From Octopus sinensis (lineage: Eukaryota), in contig NC_043000.1 in assembly GCF_006345805.1 (NCBI RefSeq), forward strand, positions 12,400,001 to 12,464,000: a stretch of DNA of 64,000 nucleotides. The letters are read 5' to 3'. Below are positions 1 to 13,285 of the stretch, in pieces (position 1 is the stretch's first letter; each line of letters opens with the position of its first letter). The translations under genes were made by a program, and so were the position numbers. A model generated the notes under the pieces. The model was given only the letters and a program-made list of their open reading frames with translations, had not been told where the DNA came from and did no database searches.

Positions 1-79
1 GATGTGTCTTCCGCTATAGCCTCAGGCCGACCAAAGCCTTGTGAGTGGATTTGGTAGATGGAAACTAAAAGAAGCCTGT

Positions 80-132
<53 letters not shown>

Positions 133-360
133 TTAAGTGTATATGTTTGTGTGTGTGTGTTTGTCCCCCACATCATGTGACAACCAATGCTGGTGTTTAT
201 GGCCCCGTAACTTAGTGGTTCGGCAAAAGAGACCGATAGAATAAGTACTGAGCTTACAAAGAAGAAGCCTTGGGGTCGATTTGCTTGACTAAAGGTCGAG
301 CTCCAGCATGGCCACAGTCAAATAAATGACTGAGACAAGTAAAAGCACGAAAGATAAAAG
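1..360 (+). mobile_element. SINE family A (5' part outside window)
   Basis: Same sequence as the copies at 14895, 29660 and 49448 (gaccaaagccttgtgagtggatttggtag...gactgaaacaagtaaaag). Confidence 0.8.
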
Positions 361-369
361 AATATATAT

Positions 370-830
370 ATAAACAATAAATTAGATAGAAAGATTCAAT
401 TGACAATCCAATAATTTATTAATGTTATAATATAGCATAATATACTATGAATATAATATAACACAAACAATCATTTAAACAACCAAAAAATCCAACAATT
501 TGTTTCGACTTATATACATGGGAATTGAATTGTTTGTATGTAAAAAAAAATGTATATAAGTCAAAACAAATTGTTGGCTTTTTTAGTTGTTTAAATAATT
601 GTTTATGTTATACAGGGTGATTCAAAAGTCACTATACTTAGGAAAAATTATTTTTTTATAAGTAACAGTTAAATATAAAAAAATTGTTTCATATAAAAAA
701 TAAATTGTTCTTATGCATGGCGACTTTTGAATCACCCTGTATTATATTATATTCATAGTATATTAATGTTATAATATAGATAAATTATTGGATTGCTAAT
801 TACATCTCTCTATTTAATTTATTATTTGTA
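370..830. mobile_element. AT-rich foldback element interrupted by the mariner MITE
   Basis: 370-461 is inverted to 742-830, and 462-517 is inverted to 551-608. Confidence 0.65.
613..739. mobile_element. Tc1/mariner-type MITE
   Basis: TIR CAGGGTGATTCAAAAGTC(A/G)C, 19/20 match; TA target duplication at 611-612 and 740-741. Confidence 0.85.
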
Positions 831-1939
831 ATTAGCATTATACCCATATTTATGTGGTATTCAACTGACGTAGCAATGAATTGGATGTTTTACATGCTCC
901 TTTGAAGGAATTCTTTTCCTTTGTTTGTTACCTTATATATATATGCGCATTTATGCATATATATATATATATAGTGCACACATGATTGCTAGATTGTGGG
1001 TTTGATTCTCTGACTGGACAGCACATTGTGTTCTTGAGCAAAACACTTCATTTCACGTTGCTTCAGTCTGCCTTTCGATCAGCAGGGAATTTTGGCCTGC
1101 TCGCATGGTGGTGTCGCTTGAAGGCTAAAACAATGCAATAACGCATTGTGACCAGTGATGTGTAACAATATCTGATAGCTTGGTCAGTAACATGATCACG
1201 TGATATATATATCTATGTATATATAAGTAATTATTTGTAAGATTATTTGAATTAAGGTATTTTAAAATTAAGGACACCAAGTTAGGGTCACAACGCTTTC
1301 CACATCTTGGTATTTTTTCATAACCAAATTTCAAGTTTCTAATTTGAAACAAGGTTTTTCCATGATGTAATAAGAATTATTTATCAACAACAAAAAAAAA
1401 GTGTCAGAAACAGCTGTAGTGAACCTTAACTCATTTGTGTTTTGTCTTTATATATAAATAAATGCATTTGCATGTATGTAAAAGTCCACATGGGAAATGA
1501 TGTTCTCACATAAAACATGTGATGTTAATAGTCCCTGGCCAGCTTGCCTATTTTTGCTTGTTGATAGCTTAACAACTTCCAATATTTATAGGTATGTATG
1601 TATATATGGCTGTGTATGTTTGTATATTATACATACGCCATGATAGATTGTTAGCAACTACACACACATTTTTTTTCTCTCCTTGTTTTTTCTGTGTACC
1701 TTTCTGTAGAAGAGCGTAGGCTCGAAACGTAAAAGACTTTTTCTATTCCTGAGCATTATACTAATACATCTGTTTGTTTTGTACACCACCTGCCTTCATC
1801 TTTTGTTTATTTTCATAAACTTTCCCTTTATATTATATATAGTCATTTACACATTACATCTATATACACGTGTGTATAATAATTATAGGTAACAGGGTGT
1901 ACACCATGTGATAAGCTAGATGTAAAAGAGTATAGATGA

Positions 1940-1971
<32 letters not shown>

Positions 1972-2059
1972 GTAATATAACTAAAATTAACCTACTGTAC
2001 TCTACAGGGGACAGGCTAAAAGTTGCAAAAGAGAAAATATTTACACACATGCACATTTA

Positions 2060-2110
<51 letters not shown>

Positions 2111-2179
2111 TTATGCATATATATATACATATATGTGCACAACAGTCTATTTATATAGAGATACACACACACACAAATA

Positions 2180-2222
<43 letters not shown>

Positions 2223-2989
2223 ATATACATACATGCATGTATGTATATATATATCAGTTTTCAATATAAATGGAATGTGTGTGTGTTGTCGGAATCAATG
2301 ATGTAACTTTGTATTAATGTATTTTTTGTACTTATTTTAAAATCAACCAAATGTCACAAAATATATATATATATATATATACATATACACAAAAGATAAC
2401 TTGTCTCTAAAATGATATGGTACAGTTACTTGTTCATTAAGTGTAGCCAAGATACATGTTCTACCATTAAGTTGACAACATGTATCACTGAAATTACTTT
2501 TAGGCACATAGCTATGCTGTCTCAGATAAACATGTTTCCTTTTACGCCGTACCAACACAGCGTTCATTTTGACTACAATTAGTTTAATAAAAATCTGACA
2601 AATGTCTATCACATGTTGGCTTCATGTTTCATAGCAAAGCCTCTGACACATGGGTATTAAGGTATTAACCTCATGGCCCACTGTAAACCAACAGGAAGGA
2701 CAAGTGAGGATGCATGCTGCATGAAGTCACATGTATTCACAACAACAAATGAATGCATCATATTTTTGCTGCATGTATCCAGTGCAAACATGTATTAAAA
2801 AGCAGGTCCTCTACAAGACATGATTAATAATTGTTGATTAAAAGGGTAATTAATACAAAGAAAAGGAAAAAAAAACCATTTCAAAGTGTCTAAAATTTTT
2901 GGCTTGATATGGTTGAAGATTAAAGAAATATTCAGAAAATTCCAGAGGATTTCTCACAAATATTTTTGTTTTCCTATTTAGAAGTATGA

Positions 2990-3890
2990 ATATATGTATA
3001 TATACAAACACACACCCACACATATACACATAAATATCATATATGTACATATATATACATATATACACATATATACATACATATATATACATATATACAC
3101 ATACATACACACACACCACACACATATATATGTATACATATACATGTATATATATACACACATGTATATACATATATACATGTATATGTATATATATATT
3201 ACATACATATACGTGTATATATATACATACATATATACTAACATATATATGCATATGTATATATATATACATACATATATACTAACATATATTTGCATAT
3301 GTATATATATACATACATATATATATGTGTATATATATATACATATATAAATACATATATACACATATATATATACACACACATATATATATAATACACA
3401 CACACATATATATACATATATATATACATATATATATATACACATATACATACATATATATATATATATACACACATACATACATACACATATATATGTA
3501 CATGCTTACATATATATATACATACATACATTCATACATATATATATACATACATACATACATTCATACATATATATATACATACATACATTCATACATA
3601 TATTCATACATTCATACATACATTCATACATGCATACATATATTCATACATTCATACATGCATACATATATTCATACATTCATACATGCATACATATATT
3701 CATACATTCATACATGCACACATATATTCATACATTCATACATGCATACATATATTCATACATTCATACATGCATACATATATTCATACATTCATACATG
3801 CATACATATATTCATACATTCATACATGCATACATATATTCATACATTCATACATATATCTATATATATATATATATATATATATATGTA
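2990..3890. repeat. Compound (TA)/(CA) microsatellite with ~8 copies of a 28-bp unit (atacatatattcatacattcatacatgc)
   Basis: Directly visible; source of the YIYI/HTYI pseudo-ORFs. Confidence 0.95.
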
Positions 3891-3956
3891 GGTCCCGGGT
3901 TGAGTCGGGATTAACCACAGTAAATAAGGTACTCAATACATAGCAGAGTAAATTAA

Positions 3957-4086
3957 TTTATTATATAGAAGGAGCTTCTACAGGACTAGAACTGTTTCAT
4001 TCAAAAGAAATCATCAGGAAGCTTCCTGATGATTTCTTTTGAATGAAACAGTTCTAGTCCTGTAGAAGCTCCTTCTATATAATAAA
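3957..4086. repeat. Perfect 130-bp palindrome (65-bp arms, no spacer, centre AAGCTT); probable inverted Penelope-like pLTR fragment
   Basis: Checked base by base: position i pairs with 8043-i from 3957/4086 inward with no mismatch. Confidence 0.95.
4017..4073 (+). ncRNA. Minimal type-I hammerhead motif within a perfect palindrome (mirror copy on minus strand, 4026-3970)
   Basis: agcttc-CTGATGA-t ttc tttt gaa t-GAAA-cag ttctagtc ctg-TA-gaagct. Stem I agcttc/gaagct, stem III cag/ctg, GUA cleavage triplet; stem II weak (U-U plus 3 bp). Confidence 0.55.
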
Positions 4087-4124
4087 ATATATATATATAT
4101 ATACATAATAATTACTACATATAT

Positions 4125-4165
<41 letters not shown>

Positions 4166-4672
4166 CACACACACACACACATATATATATATGTATGGAT
4201 GTGTGTATTTGTGTGGTCATATGTGGTTGTATATTGACTATTTCTGTCAGAAAATTTTTACTCCAACACCTTCCCCTTTACTCCATTTGAAAAAAAAAAA
4301 AAAACCCAACTAATTTTTATCTTCCTGTCAGTGAAGAAGCAGTGTGTCAGTACCAACTGAAATATTATATATATATATACACAAAGAGATCATGAAAAGT
4401 TGCCAAATGTGGTAACAGAGCATTCAACATTGAAAAAAAAAAAAAAAAAACCAAAACTGCCTGATGATGAATCTGCCCTAAGATTATAGCGCCAGCTACT
4501 GAGTTGATTAGAGTTATCTGCTGAGTCCTTTTTTTTTCTAATCCAAAAATAGATGGCTGTAACTAAGAAAAGGCCGGTTGTAGATTGTGACTTTATATCT
4601 GGCCAGTTCTGGGCTTGTTCTTTCACAGCAGTGGAAGCCAGCTTACAGTGTATCTGTCTGGGAACGGATGGG

Positions 4673-4747
4673 TCAGTTAGGTAGCATGGTGACAAAACTG
4701 ACTGGGAACAAACCTCGTCTCTCAGGTTGTCCATCAATTTCACCTTC
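4673..4747 (-). CDS. ASAP1: ASAP terminal coding exon, SH3 C-terminal half: EGEIDGQPERRGLFPVSFVTMLPN*
   Basis: Acceptor ttttgtcatttcag|; TGA at 4675-4673. Matches ASAP1 IEGQPERKGVFPVSFV (from memory). Absent from the ORF track in this frame. Confidence 0.95.
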   Translation of the reverse strand, partial: EGEIDGQPERRGLFPVSFVTMLPN

Positions 4748-4789
4748 CTGAAATGACAAAATAAATATATATTTTTTTTATTATTATTA

Positions 4790-4912
4790 TTATTTTTATT
4801 ATGATGATGATGAGGAGGAGGCAGAGGAGGAGGAGGAGGAGGACGACGACGACGACGACGACAAGAAGAAGAAGAAGAAGAAGAAGAAGAAGAAGAAGAA
4901 GAAGAAGAAGAA
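4790..4912. repeat. Compound triplet repeat (TTA/GAT/GAG/GAC/GAA) at the 3' end of the last intron
   Basis: Directly visible. Confidence 0.95.
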
Positions 4913-5375
4913 GATGGGCTACAGCAAATATTCTGCTCAATACCATAGATTTGCCTGTAAGTTGTTTGGCCTTAACCAGTTGAGCATGTCCCTTTCTGGC
5001 TGACGATATGTGCACCTCTGATCACGAACAGAAGTAGTGGAGGAGCATCACAGACATGTGTTGAGAGAAATCTTTTGGTGTCTGAATAATTCCCCTTTGG
5101 AAACATGCCTGTTTCAATCAACATCCTTAAACAACTCTTATTTAAAGACCATTTGAGCGAGATGGGCTACTCGAGCCAAAGAAAATTCTAACTGGGCCCC
5201 ACCTGAAAGGTCATGTGCTGTTTATCTTGATATGAAATTACCATGTCGTGCACATATGGCTATGATGCATGTGCCTGGTGTACTCTTATCAGATGGGTAG
5301 TCATGATGGGTATAATGGGCTTCATATATTTTACCCCAGTGTCACTTTGATGGCATGCACTGCTCTCTCACTCAA
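4912..5375 (-). mobile_element. Family E retroposon, second copy (truncated)
   Basis: Aligns by eye with 17760-18215. Confidence 0.7.
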
Positions 5376-7071
5376 TAATAATAATAATTATAAAGATTAG
5401 TGTAAGCATGAAGGTAGAACACCTACAAAAATCAGCATTGCTTGGAACTGCAAGAATTCTTCACAGGGTGCTTGAAGCAGGACCAGTAAACAAGTGTCAC
5501 CTTTGTCTGCTGGCTGTGGACAGCTGACACGTTCCATCATACTCAGCAAAATAAGCTGTGAGTTTTCATCACATAATAATAATAATAATAATAATCCTTT
5601 CTACTAAAGATAGTAGGCCTGAAATTTGGTGGGAGCAGACTAGTTGATTACATCAACCCTAGTATTTCACTTGTACTTAATTTATTGACCCCACGATGAT
5701 GAAACACAAAGTCTACTTCAGCGGAACTTGAACTCAGAATGTAGCAATGAGCGAAATACTGCTAAGCATTTTGTCCAGCATGCGAAACGATTCTGCCAGC
5801 TCGCTGCCTTCAATAATAATAATAATAATAATAATAATTTATTTCTTTATTGCCCACAGGGGGCTAAACATAGAGAGGACAAACAAAGACAGACAAAGGG
5901 ATTAAGTCGATTACATCAATCCCATTGCATAACAGGTACTTATTTAATCGACCCCGAAAAGATGAAAGGCAAAGCTGACCATGGCAGAATTTGAACTCAG
6001 GACGTTATGGCAGACGAAGTACCGCTAGGCATTTCACCCGGCATGCTAATGATTCTGCCAAATAATAACAACGATTTCATTTATTTGCCACCAGGGCGAA
6101 GGATGAAGGGGACAATACAAAACAAACATAAAGTGTAGAGGTTTACATATAATGAAATGATAAAATAAATAAATAGATAACAAAAAGAGAGTAAGTATAT
6201 ATGAGATACAATGACTGGCACTCCATTGGTTACGACAACGAGGGTTCCAGTTGATCCAAGCAACGGAACTGTTTGCTCATGAAAATAACGTGCAAGTGGC
6301 TGAGCACTCCAGACACGTGTACCCATAACATAGTTCACTGGGAACTTCAGTGTGACATGGAATGTGACACGGTTGGCCCTTTGAAATACAGGTACTACTC
6401 CTTTTTGCCAGCTGAGTGGACTGGAGCAATGTGAAATAAAGTGTCTTGCTTAAGGACACAATGTCTCACCGGGAACTGAACTCATGGCCTTATGATCGTG
6501 AGCCAAATGTCTTAACCACTAAGCCAGGGAAATATACATAGTATACAAAAATTACCAAAAAGTGTGTTGGGCGTGTGATAGAGGTGTAGCCCTTGTGATA
6601 CAGGATGACCTCTAGGGATAATCGAGAAACCCCACAATCCAAGATCTCCCAAAACATGAAGGGGCAAGTGCCCTCCGCAATTCCCATTCTCCGACTAACA
6701 AGCATACACTTAGAGAGGTACCATCCACTCTTGCCATTTTTGTAACTTTCATCCCCTTTCAATAAACTCACAGGTGTAGCTGTGCGGTAAGAAGCTTGCT
6801 CTTCCACCACATGGTTCCAGGTTCAATCTTATTGCATGACACCTTGGGCAAGTGTGTTCTACTATATCCTTGCAACTTAGTGGTTCGGCAAAAAAAAATG
6901 ATAGAGTGAGTACCAGGCATAACAAAAAAGGAGAATAAATAGTGTGGTTAATTCATTCGACTAAAATTGTTGCCAAGCCAATGCCCCAGCATGGCCGTTG
7001 CAGTCTAATGAGTGAAACAAGTAAAAGACAAACGAAGAAGCTCTGATCGAGTCAAGCGTCAATGTACTCAC

Positions 7072-7197
7072 CCACCACTCTTCCTCCTCTTCATGGAGGA
7101 CGATAATAATTTCTCCACCTTTAAATGTCAGCTCATCTTCATTATCAGCATCACAGTCATATTTAGCTCGACAGCGTCTCTTACCATTAGATTTTTT
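7072..7197 (-). CDS. ASAP1: ASAP SH3 domain, N-terminal exon (126 nt, phase 0 to 0): KKSNGKRRCRAKYDCDADNEDELTFKGGEIIIVLHEEEEEWW
   Basis: Acceptor gtttacttccag| and donor TGG|gtgagt. Canonical SH3 A.YD......ELTF..G..I......WW; the YDC.ADN.DELTF form is typical of ASAP SH3. Confidence 0.95.
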
Positions 7198-7724
7198 CTG
7201 GAAGTAAACATACACAACAATAAACATCATTCTACCCTACAAAATTACACATATACACTCTTACAGACAATACATGTATATGCAGACATTACATGTATAT
7301 AAGAAGGGTAAACCCCAAGCTGTATCCTCTTGAAGCACGTCTGCCTGTTCCAGTATGTAGTTGTGTTGGATGTAAGATATATATTAAAGTTGAAAATTAT
7401 GGAAATATTGTTTGCAGAATTATTATATTGGGTTGTCTGGAAAGTTCACATTATCTAATATTACATGTTCAACAAATAAAACTGCCTTCATTTCTCCCTA
7501 TTTCCACATTCAACACTGTGGTTAAATCATTATGTTGCACCACACAGCTTTGATATAGTTCCTCCAAGTTATCTTTTAACTGCAGTTAGATGTTCTGAGG
7601 GTTTGAAACAGAGTCTGTTTTCATTTCATTTTCTTTTTCCATGTCAGAACGTCAAAGAGAAAATAAATTGCAAGAGAGCTGTGTCAACCATCTCAACTGA
7701 AAGAAATGGCACTGAGGAACATAC

Positions 7725-7843
7725 CTTAATTCGTGGAACAGGAACAGGTGGTGCTACAAAGTCTTTGCCCTGAGTCTCTTCAACTCTCCCCCCAGGATCA
7801 ATTCTGTCACGAGAACGACTTCGATCATTACGTAGGGTCAAAT
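7725..7843 (-). CDS. ASAP1: ASAP exon (119 nt, phase 1 to 0): (D)LTLRNDRSRSRDRIDPGGRVEETQGKDFVAPPVPVPRIK
   Basis: Acceptor ttttctgtttcag| and donor AAG|gtatgt. PVPVPR matches the ASAP1 PVPLPRK segment that precedes the SH3 domain. Confidence 0.88.
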
Positions 7844-8108
7844 CTGAAACAGAAAACAAACAATTTGCTAAAATCAATTTAAACGTTTCAGACGAGAATT
7901 AACCAATGAATATAATAAACAAATCAACAGTTAAGATTACTAAAAATATCTCAAAAAAAAAAAATCACCCTGGGTCCTACATGTGATTTTGGACCTATAT
8001 TACATGCTTTAATGCACTAAAACCTCTTGTTCTTGAATATGTGCAGCTGAAATTGGGGTGCATCAAATATGTCTGTTTGTTTTTTATGGCTTCAAATATG
8101 TAGTTTAA

Positions 8109-8330
8109 CCCTTTTGATACCAACCCGGCTGAAACCACCTCTGGATCTCTAGCACAAATGTTTTGTTTTCATAAGTTTTGAATTAAAATCTTCCACCAAA
8201 CCTTAGTTACAATTTATGTTCCTATCACTAGCTTAATGATAACTAAGTTATTTTACTAAATTCTTTGTTATATTTAAAATTAATTTAAAGAAACACAGAG
8301 CATCTCAAAATAAATACAGTAATGAAAGGG
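8109..8330. mobile_element. piggyBac-type MITE
   Basis: TTAA|CCCTTT...AAAGGG|TTAA; same family at 20132, 27536 and 25660. Confidence 0.8.
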
Positions 8331-8608
8331 TTAACAGATCATTAATGAGAAAACACTGAATATTAACATCTAGAGGAAATGTTGAACTGAGCATGTGTCC
8401 ACTTCATGTTATTAAGAATTATGAACAGTAAGTAAAATCCATGTTGATGATGATGATGATGATAACATGCCTAGGAATATGTGCAGGCAATTATAAGTCT
8501 AAATGTTGATACAAGAACTATGATGAGTATTTTGAGCATTTCCTTTTGTTTGGTGGTAAATCATTTGATTGTGTTTGTAGAAGTTGTGTCAGAAATGGTT
8601 TAACTTAC

Positions 8609-8670
8609 CAGCGCTATTCAAAGAGGAAGCTCTTGTACTGCGAGGATGCGGGAGAGGTGGAGGGAGGACA
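8609..8670 (-). CDS. ASAP1: ASAP exon (62 nt, phase 2 to 1): (S)VLPPPLPHPRSTRASSLNSA
   Basis: Acceptor gtcttttctctctgcag| and donor GCTG|gtaagt. Pro-rich; bridges phase 2 to phase 1. Absent from the ORF track in this frame. Confidence 0.85.
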
Positions 8671-11600
8671 CTGCAGAGAGAAAAGACATTATTGTGACAG
8701 CAGCAGTTTAGAGATATCAAACAAACAAGATTTAGAACTGAATCTAGAATATAAAGTTATAATAATGTCTTAAATCCTGGCAGCCTGCATTTATTTAAGG
8801 AATAGCTGCCATTCTATTGAGCCTTGCCTAGTCACATATTATGTGTGTGTGTGTGTGCATGGAATAATTTTTGAAATGCACAACCATTGTTATTTCTTTA
8901 TTGCCCACAAGGGGATAAACATAGAGAGGACAAACAAGGACAGACAAAGGATTAAGTCGATTACATCCAACCCCAAAAGGATGAAAGGCAAAGTCGACCT
9001 TGGCGGAATTTTAACTCAGAACGTAGCGGCAGACGAAATACTGCTAAACATTTCGCCCAGAGTTCTAACATTTCTGCCAGCTCACCGCCTTATCATACAA
9101 TGCACAACCATTGTATGACGACCAGATAATCAATATTGCTGTGTCTGAGACTGCTGAAGTGAGCTATCATTGTAAGGAGACTCAATGGTCCTATCTAGCT
9201 GTGGACATGGGTTGTAGGTTATATAACTTTAGGTCAGCAGATGGTAGATATGAAAAACTGAAAAAAAAATGTATCTGTTTACATAGTGTTATGTATAGTG
9301 CTATATATTGAGCCTTTGGGTAGCTGAAGTAAGTTAGTTGTGACAAAAAACAAGTTAAGAAATTAAAAAGTTTTCTTAATCGAAAATTCTACTTCCAGTT
9401 TGGTAGCGCCTTAACTTCTGCATTTTGATGGAAAATAATACTGTCATCAGTCTTGTCCTCACAAATGGTTTGAAGAAAGTTACACTTTGAGTGAGCAACA
9501 TTTTAGATATATATCTCCCACTTTTGATCACAAGTATTTCATTTCAGTCTTCTATTTTCAATAAAATGGAAGTTTAAGACTACTCAGAAATAAGTTCCAG
9601 AAACAATGGTAAAATTACACACAGAGTGATTTCAGATGGAAAATGACTGCAATAATATTTTATAAGTACCAGCATCTTTATAATCTGATATCAATATTAG
9701 TTTCTGTTTTTATACCTATTAAACGCTATATTTACATCAAAAATAAATAGTTGCAGGTATGGTTGTGTGGTAAGAAGTTCACGTTGCAGCCAAATGACTT
9801 CAGGTTCAGTCCCACTATGTGGCATCTTGGGCAAGTGTCTTCTACTATAGCCCCAGGCCAACCAATGCTTTGTGAGCAGAATCGGTAGACAGAAATTGTG
9901 TGGAGGTCCATCATGAGTGTGTGTGTGTGTGTGGTGTGTGTGTGTGTATTGCTGTCTTGTCTTGACTTCACTTGATAATTGCAAACAAATGCCACTGCCA
10001 TGCAAGTGGTGTCCTGTTACCAATCTTTGATGAAACCCTGTCTGGTCATAGTGAAATATTACCTTACTTGGAAACAAGAGAAAGTTAGTGACAGGAAGAA
10101 CATCCAGCCATAGAAAGTTTGCCTCAATAAATTCCATCCAACCCATGCAAATTTTGGAAACATGGATGCTAAAGCAATGATGAATACAAATTATTATCTT
10201 GGAGTGCTACACTCTTGGAGTGGTTGGCGTTAGGAAGGGCATCCAGCTGTAGAAACTCTGCCAGATCAAGATTGGAACCTGGTGCAGCCATCTGGTTCAC
10301 CAGCCTTCAGTCAAATCATCCAGCCCATGCTAGCATGGAAAGCAGACGTTAAACAATGATGATGATGATTAAGTAAAAATCCTTATTACACTCTGATATC
10401 ATTACAGTTAAATGTATGAAATCATTTCTAACACAGACACAAAGCCAGAAACTTGGAGAAAGGAAAGTCAATTATATAAACTCTAGCAGTGGTATTTCAT
10501 TTTATTGCCTCCTGAAAGGATAAAAGACAAAGCTGACCTCAGTGAGATTTGATCTCATAACATAAAGAGTTAGAAAATCTACTGCAAAGCATTTTGTCCA
10601 AGACTAAAGATTTTTCCAATCCACTACCTGGAATCATAGTAATGTAAGACCGTCTTTGTAGCATAGAAGCTGAATCTTTTTTGCACGGTGGCACGTAAAA
10701 AGCACCATCCGAATGTGACTGATGCCAGCGCCACCTTGACTGGCTTTTGTGCCGGTGGCATGTAAAAAGCACCAACTGATCGTGGCCGTTGCCAGCCTCC
10801 CCTGGCACCTGTGCTGGTGGCACATACAAAGCACCCACTACACTCATGGAGTGGTTGGCATTAGGAAGGGCATCCAGCTGTAAAAACACTGCCAGATCAG
10901 ACTGGAGCCTGGTTCAGCCTCCTGGCTTCCCAGACCCCGGTCGAACCGTCCAACCCGTGCTAGCACAGAAAACGGATGTTAAATGATGATGATGATGATG
11001 AAAATAATTTACAGCTGACTGAACAACTTTGAACATTTCCACTTGCATCAGATAATGAATTCAAACATAGATTTTAGAAGCCAAAATGTATTTTGCATGA
11101 TCCAGATACAAACATACGTTAAGGAAAAGGGAAAACTGATGACATCATTTTGTCTAAAAAAGAACACAGGATATTCCCAGTCATATTTTGAATTTCTGTA
11201 TTTCTGTGTCTGTTCTTTTTTCCTTTTCCCAAGACAGACACTATAAAAAAATTGGTCAATTCAATAAACAGACTCAATCCCTATTTATGATAAATCACAT
11301 CACACTCTTCTTATTGCTTATTATTGTTGTCATGGGGTTCCTTGATTATCCCTTGATTATCCCTTTTTTTAACCTTTATATACTATGTATATCTCCCTTC
11401 CTTTTCATTCTATAGTATGTATACTTACTCTTATTTATTTATTTTACCATTTCATTATATGTACACCCCTACACTTTATGTCTGCCTTGTACTGTCCCTT
11501 CATCCTTTGCCCTGATGGCAAATAAATGAAATCATTATTATTATTATGTAATCTTATTTTTTTTGCTTGCTTTCACAGAACAGTAACACAGTTCGCTGGG

Positions 11601-12830
11601 CTTTAAGTATGTGCTGTGGTTTGCTTTTGGTGTTGTTATTTTTACTATATTTATTTCTTTATTGCCCACAGGGGGCTAAACATAGAGGGAACAAACAAGG
11701 ACAGACAAAGGGATTAAGTCGATTATGTCGATCCCAGTGTGTAACTGGTACTTAATTTATCGACACCAAAAGGATGAAAGGCAAAGTCGACCTTGGCGGA
11801 ATTTGAACTCAGAACATAGTGGCAAACGAAGTACTGCTAAGTATTTCGCCTGGTGTGCTAACGTTTCTGCCAGCTCGCCACCCTTTTTTTTACTGTATTA
11901 AGAGTGCACTGCATAGGACATGTGGAGTGTCTAGTAATGCTACTTTGTCTATGTTATATATACTTGTTAGTCCTGGGGTTTAGGTCACATATTTGTTTGT
12001 ATGCTTTTTGACTAAACCTTTGACTAAAACACCTATTATCATGGGGATTGTTTCTGCCTTCAGGTTCCATGCTGTTACATAAGCTCTATTATGGTGTGTG
12101 TGAATATGCTTGCAAACACCTCTGTGAACAGGTGGGGGACAATAGCTTCAGACAGCCCACTTATCTCTCTCCTTCTTTAAGCATAAGCTTAGGAGCAGGG
12201 GATGCAGGGGTGCAAGTGCACTCCCTAAATAAATATTTTTTTTTTGGTAGGGGTTGATGAAAATGTTTTGAATATTCTCCAAAAAATTGGGTTTGCATCC
12301 CACTAAGCAAATTTCATTCACACACTTATGTCTTAAATATGTATATATGTGTATGTGTTTGGTATGTATGTTTTGTATGTAAGTGTATATGAAAGTGTAT
12401 GTGTGTCTGTCTATTTGTCCAACTGTATGTATATATGTACCATGTGCATATATATGTATTAAAAAGTAAACAAGAAACTGAGATGCAACAGAGATTCAAT
12501 GACATCCACTAAAACTATTTCCTGAAATTCTACCTTCTCTAAGATCCCAGTTCAGATTATACTAGACACATATTCATTTCAGTTATACACCCACCCATGT
12601 GTATATACTAAAGCCACAGCTGCCTGCATGTGAAGCATGATGATCAATCAACCAAACAGTCACTACCACAACCAACACCACTGGTGATGTGATGTGTCTC
12701 TGAAAACACACGTCTCACACTGAGATATGAAATACTACTGAAATTGGCAGGAGTATTCAAATGTTGAATTCAAATTTTGGCACAAGGGATATTTTATTCC
12801 TTAGTTGGTTACTACAACTGCTAACTCTCT

Positions 12831-12918
<88 letters not shown>

Positions 12919-13247
12919 GTTTTTGGATTTGGTTTGCAAGATTCTTTATATGAGTTTGTGTGTTGAAGCATATTCTGTGTTTCTGTCCCTCTTTCATAGA
13001 TTTACCACTCATCACCTGGCACAAAGCCACCTCCTTCAATACTACACCCCTCAGTTGAAGGGTCCTGTTTTTGCAAGTTACTAGGTGACCTCACTATTGG
13101 CGGTGCCATGTAAAAAGCACCTCAGACGCACTTGCCATGGAAACCATGCCAAAGCAGATGGTAGAGTTTGGCATATTGTTCTGACTTGCCAGCTCTTGTC
13201 AAATCATCTAAGGCATGTTAGCATGGAAGAAGGTCATTAAATGATGA

Positions 13248-13285
<38 letters not shown>

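Larger units (their letters stand above)
3957..4672 (-). other. Probable proximal 3' UTR of the ASAP gene (extent uncertain)
   Basis: Follows the stop codon. The first AATAAA I see on the minus strand is 3962-3957; the real UTR may be longer. Confidence 0.4.

Noticed and set aside
1944-3943. Many long ORFs ([12 protein letters not shown] types) here and at 12.7, 21.2, 47.6, 53.5, 56.7 and 59.1 kb
   Set aside because: They are translations of TA/CA/ATCT microsatellites, which lack stop codons by composition.
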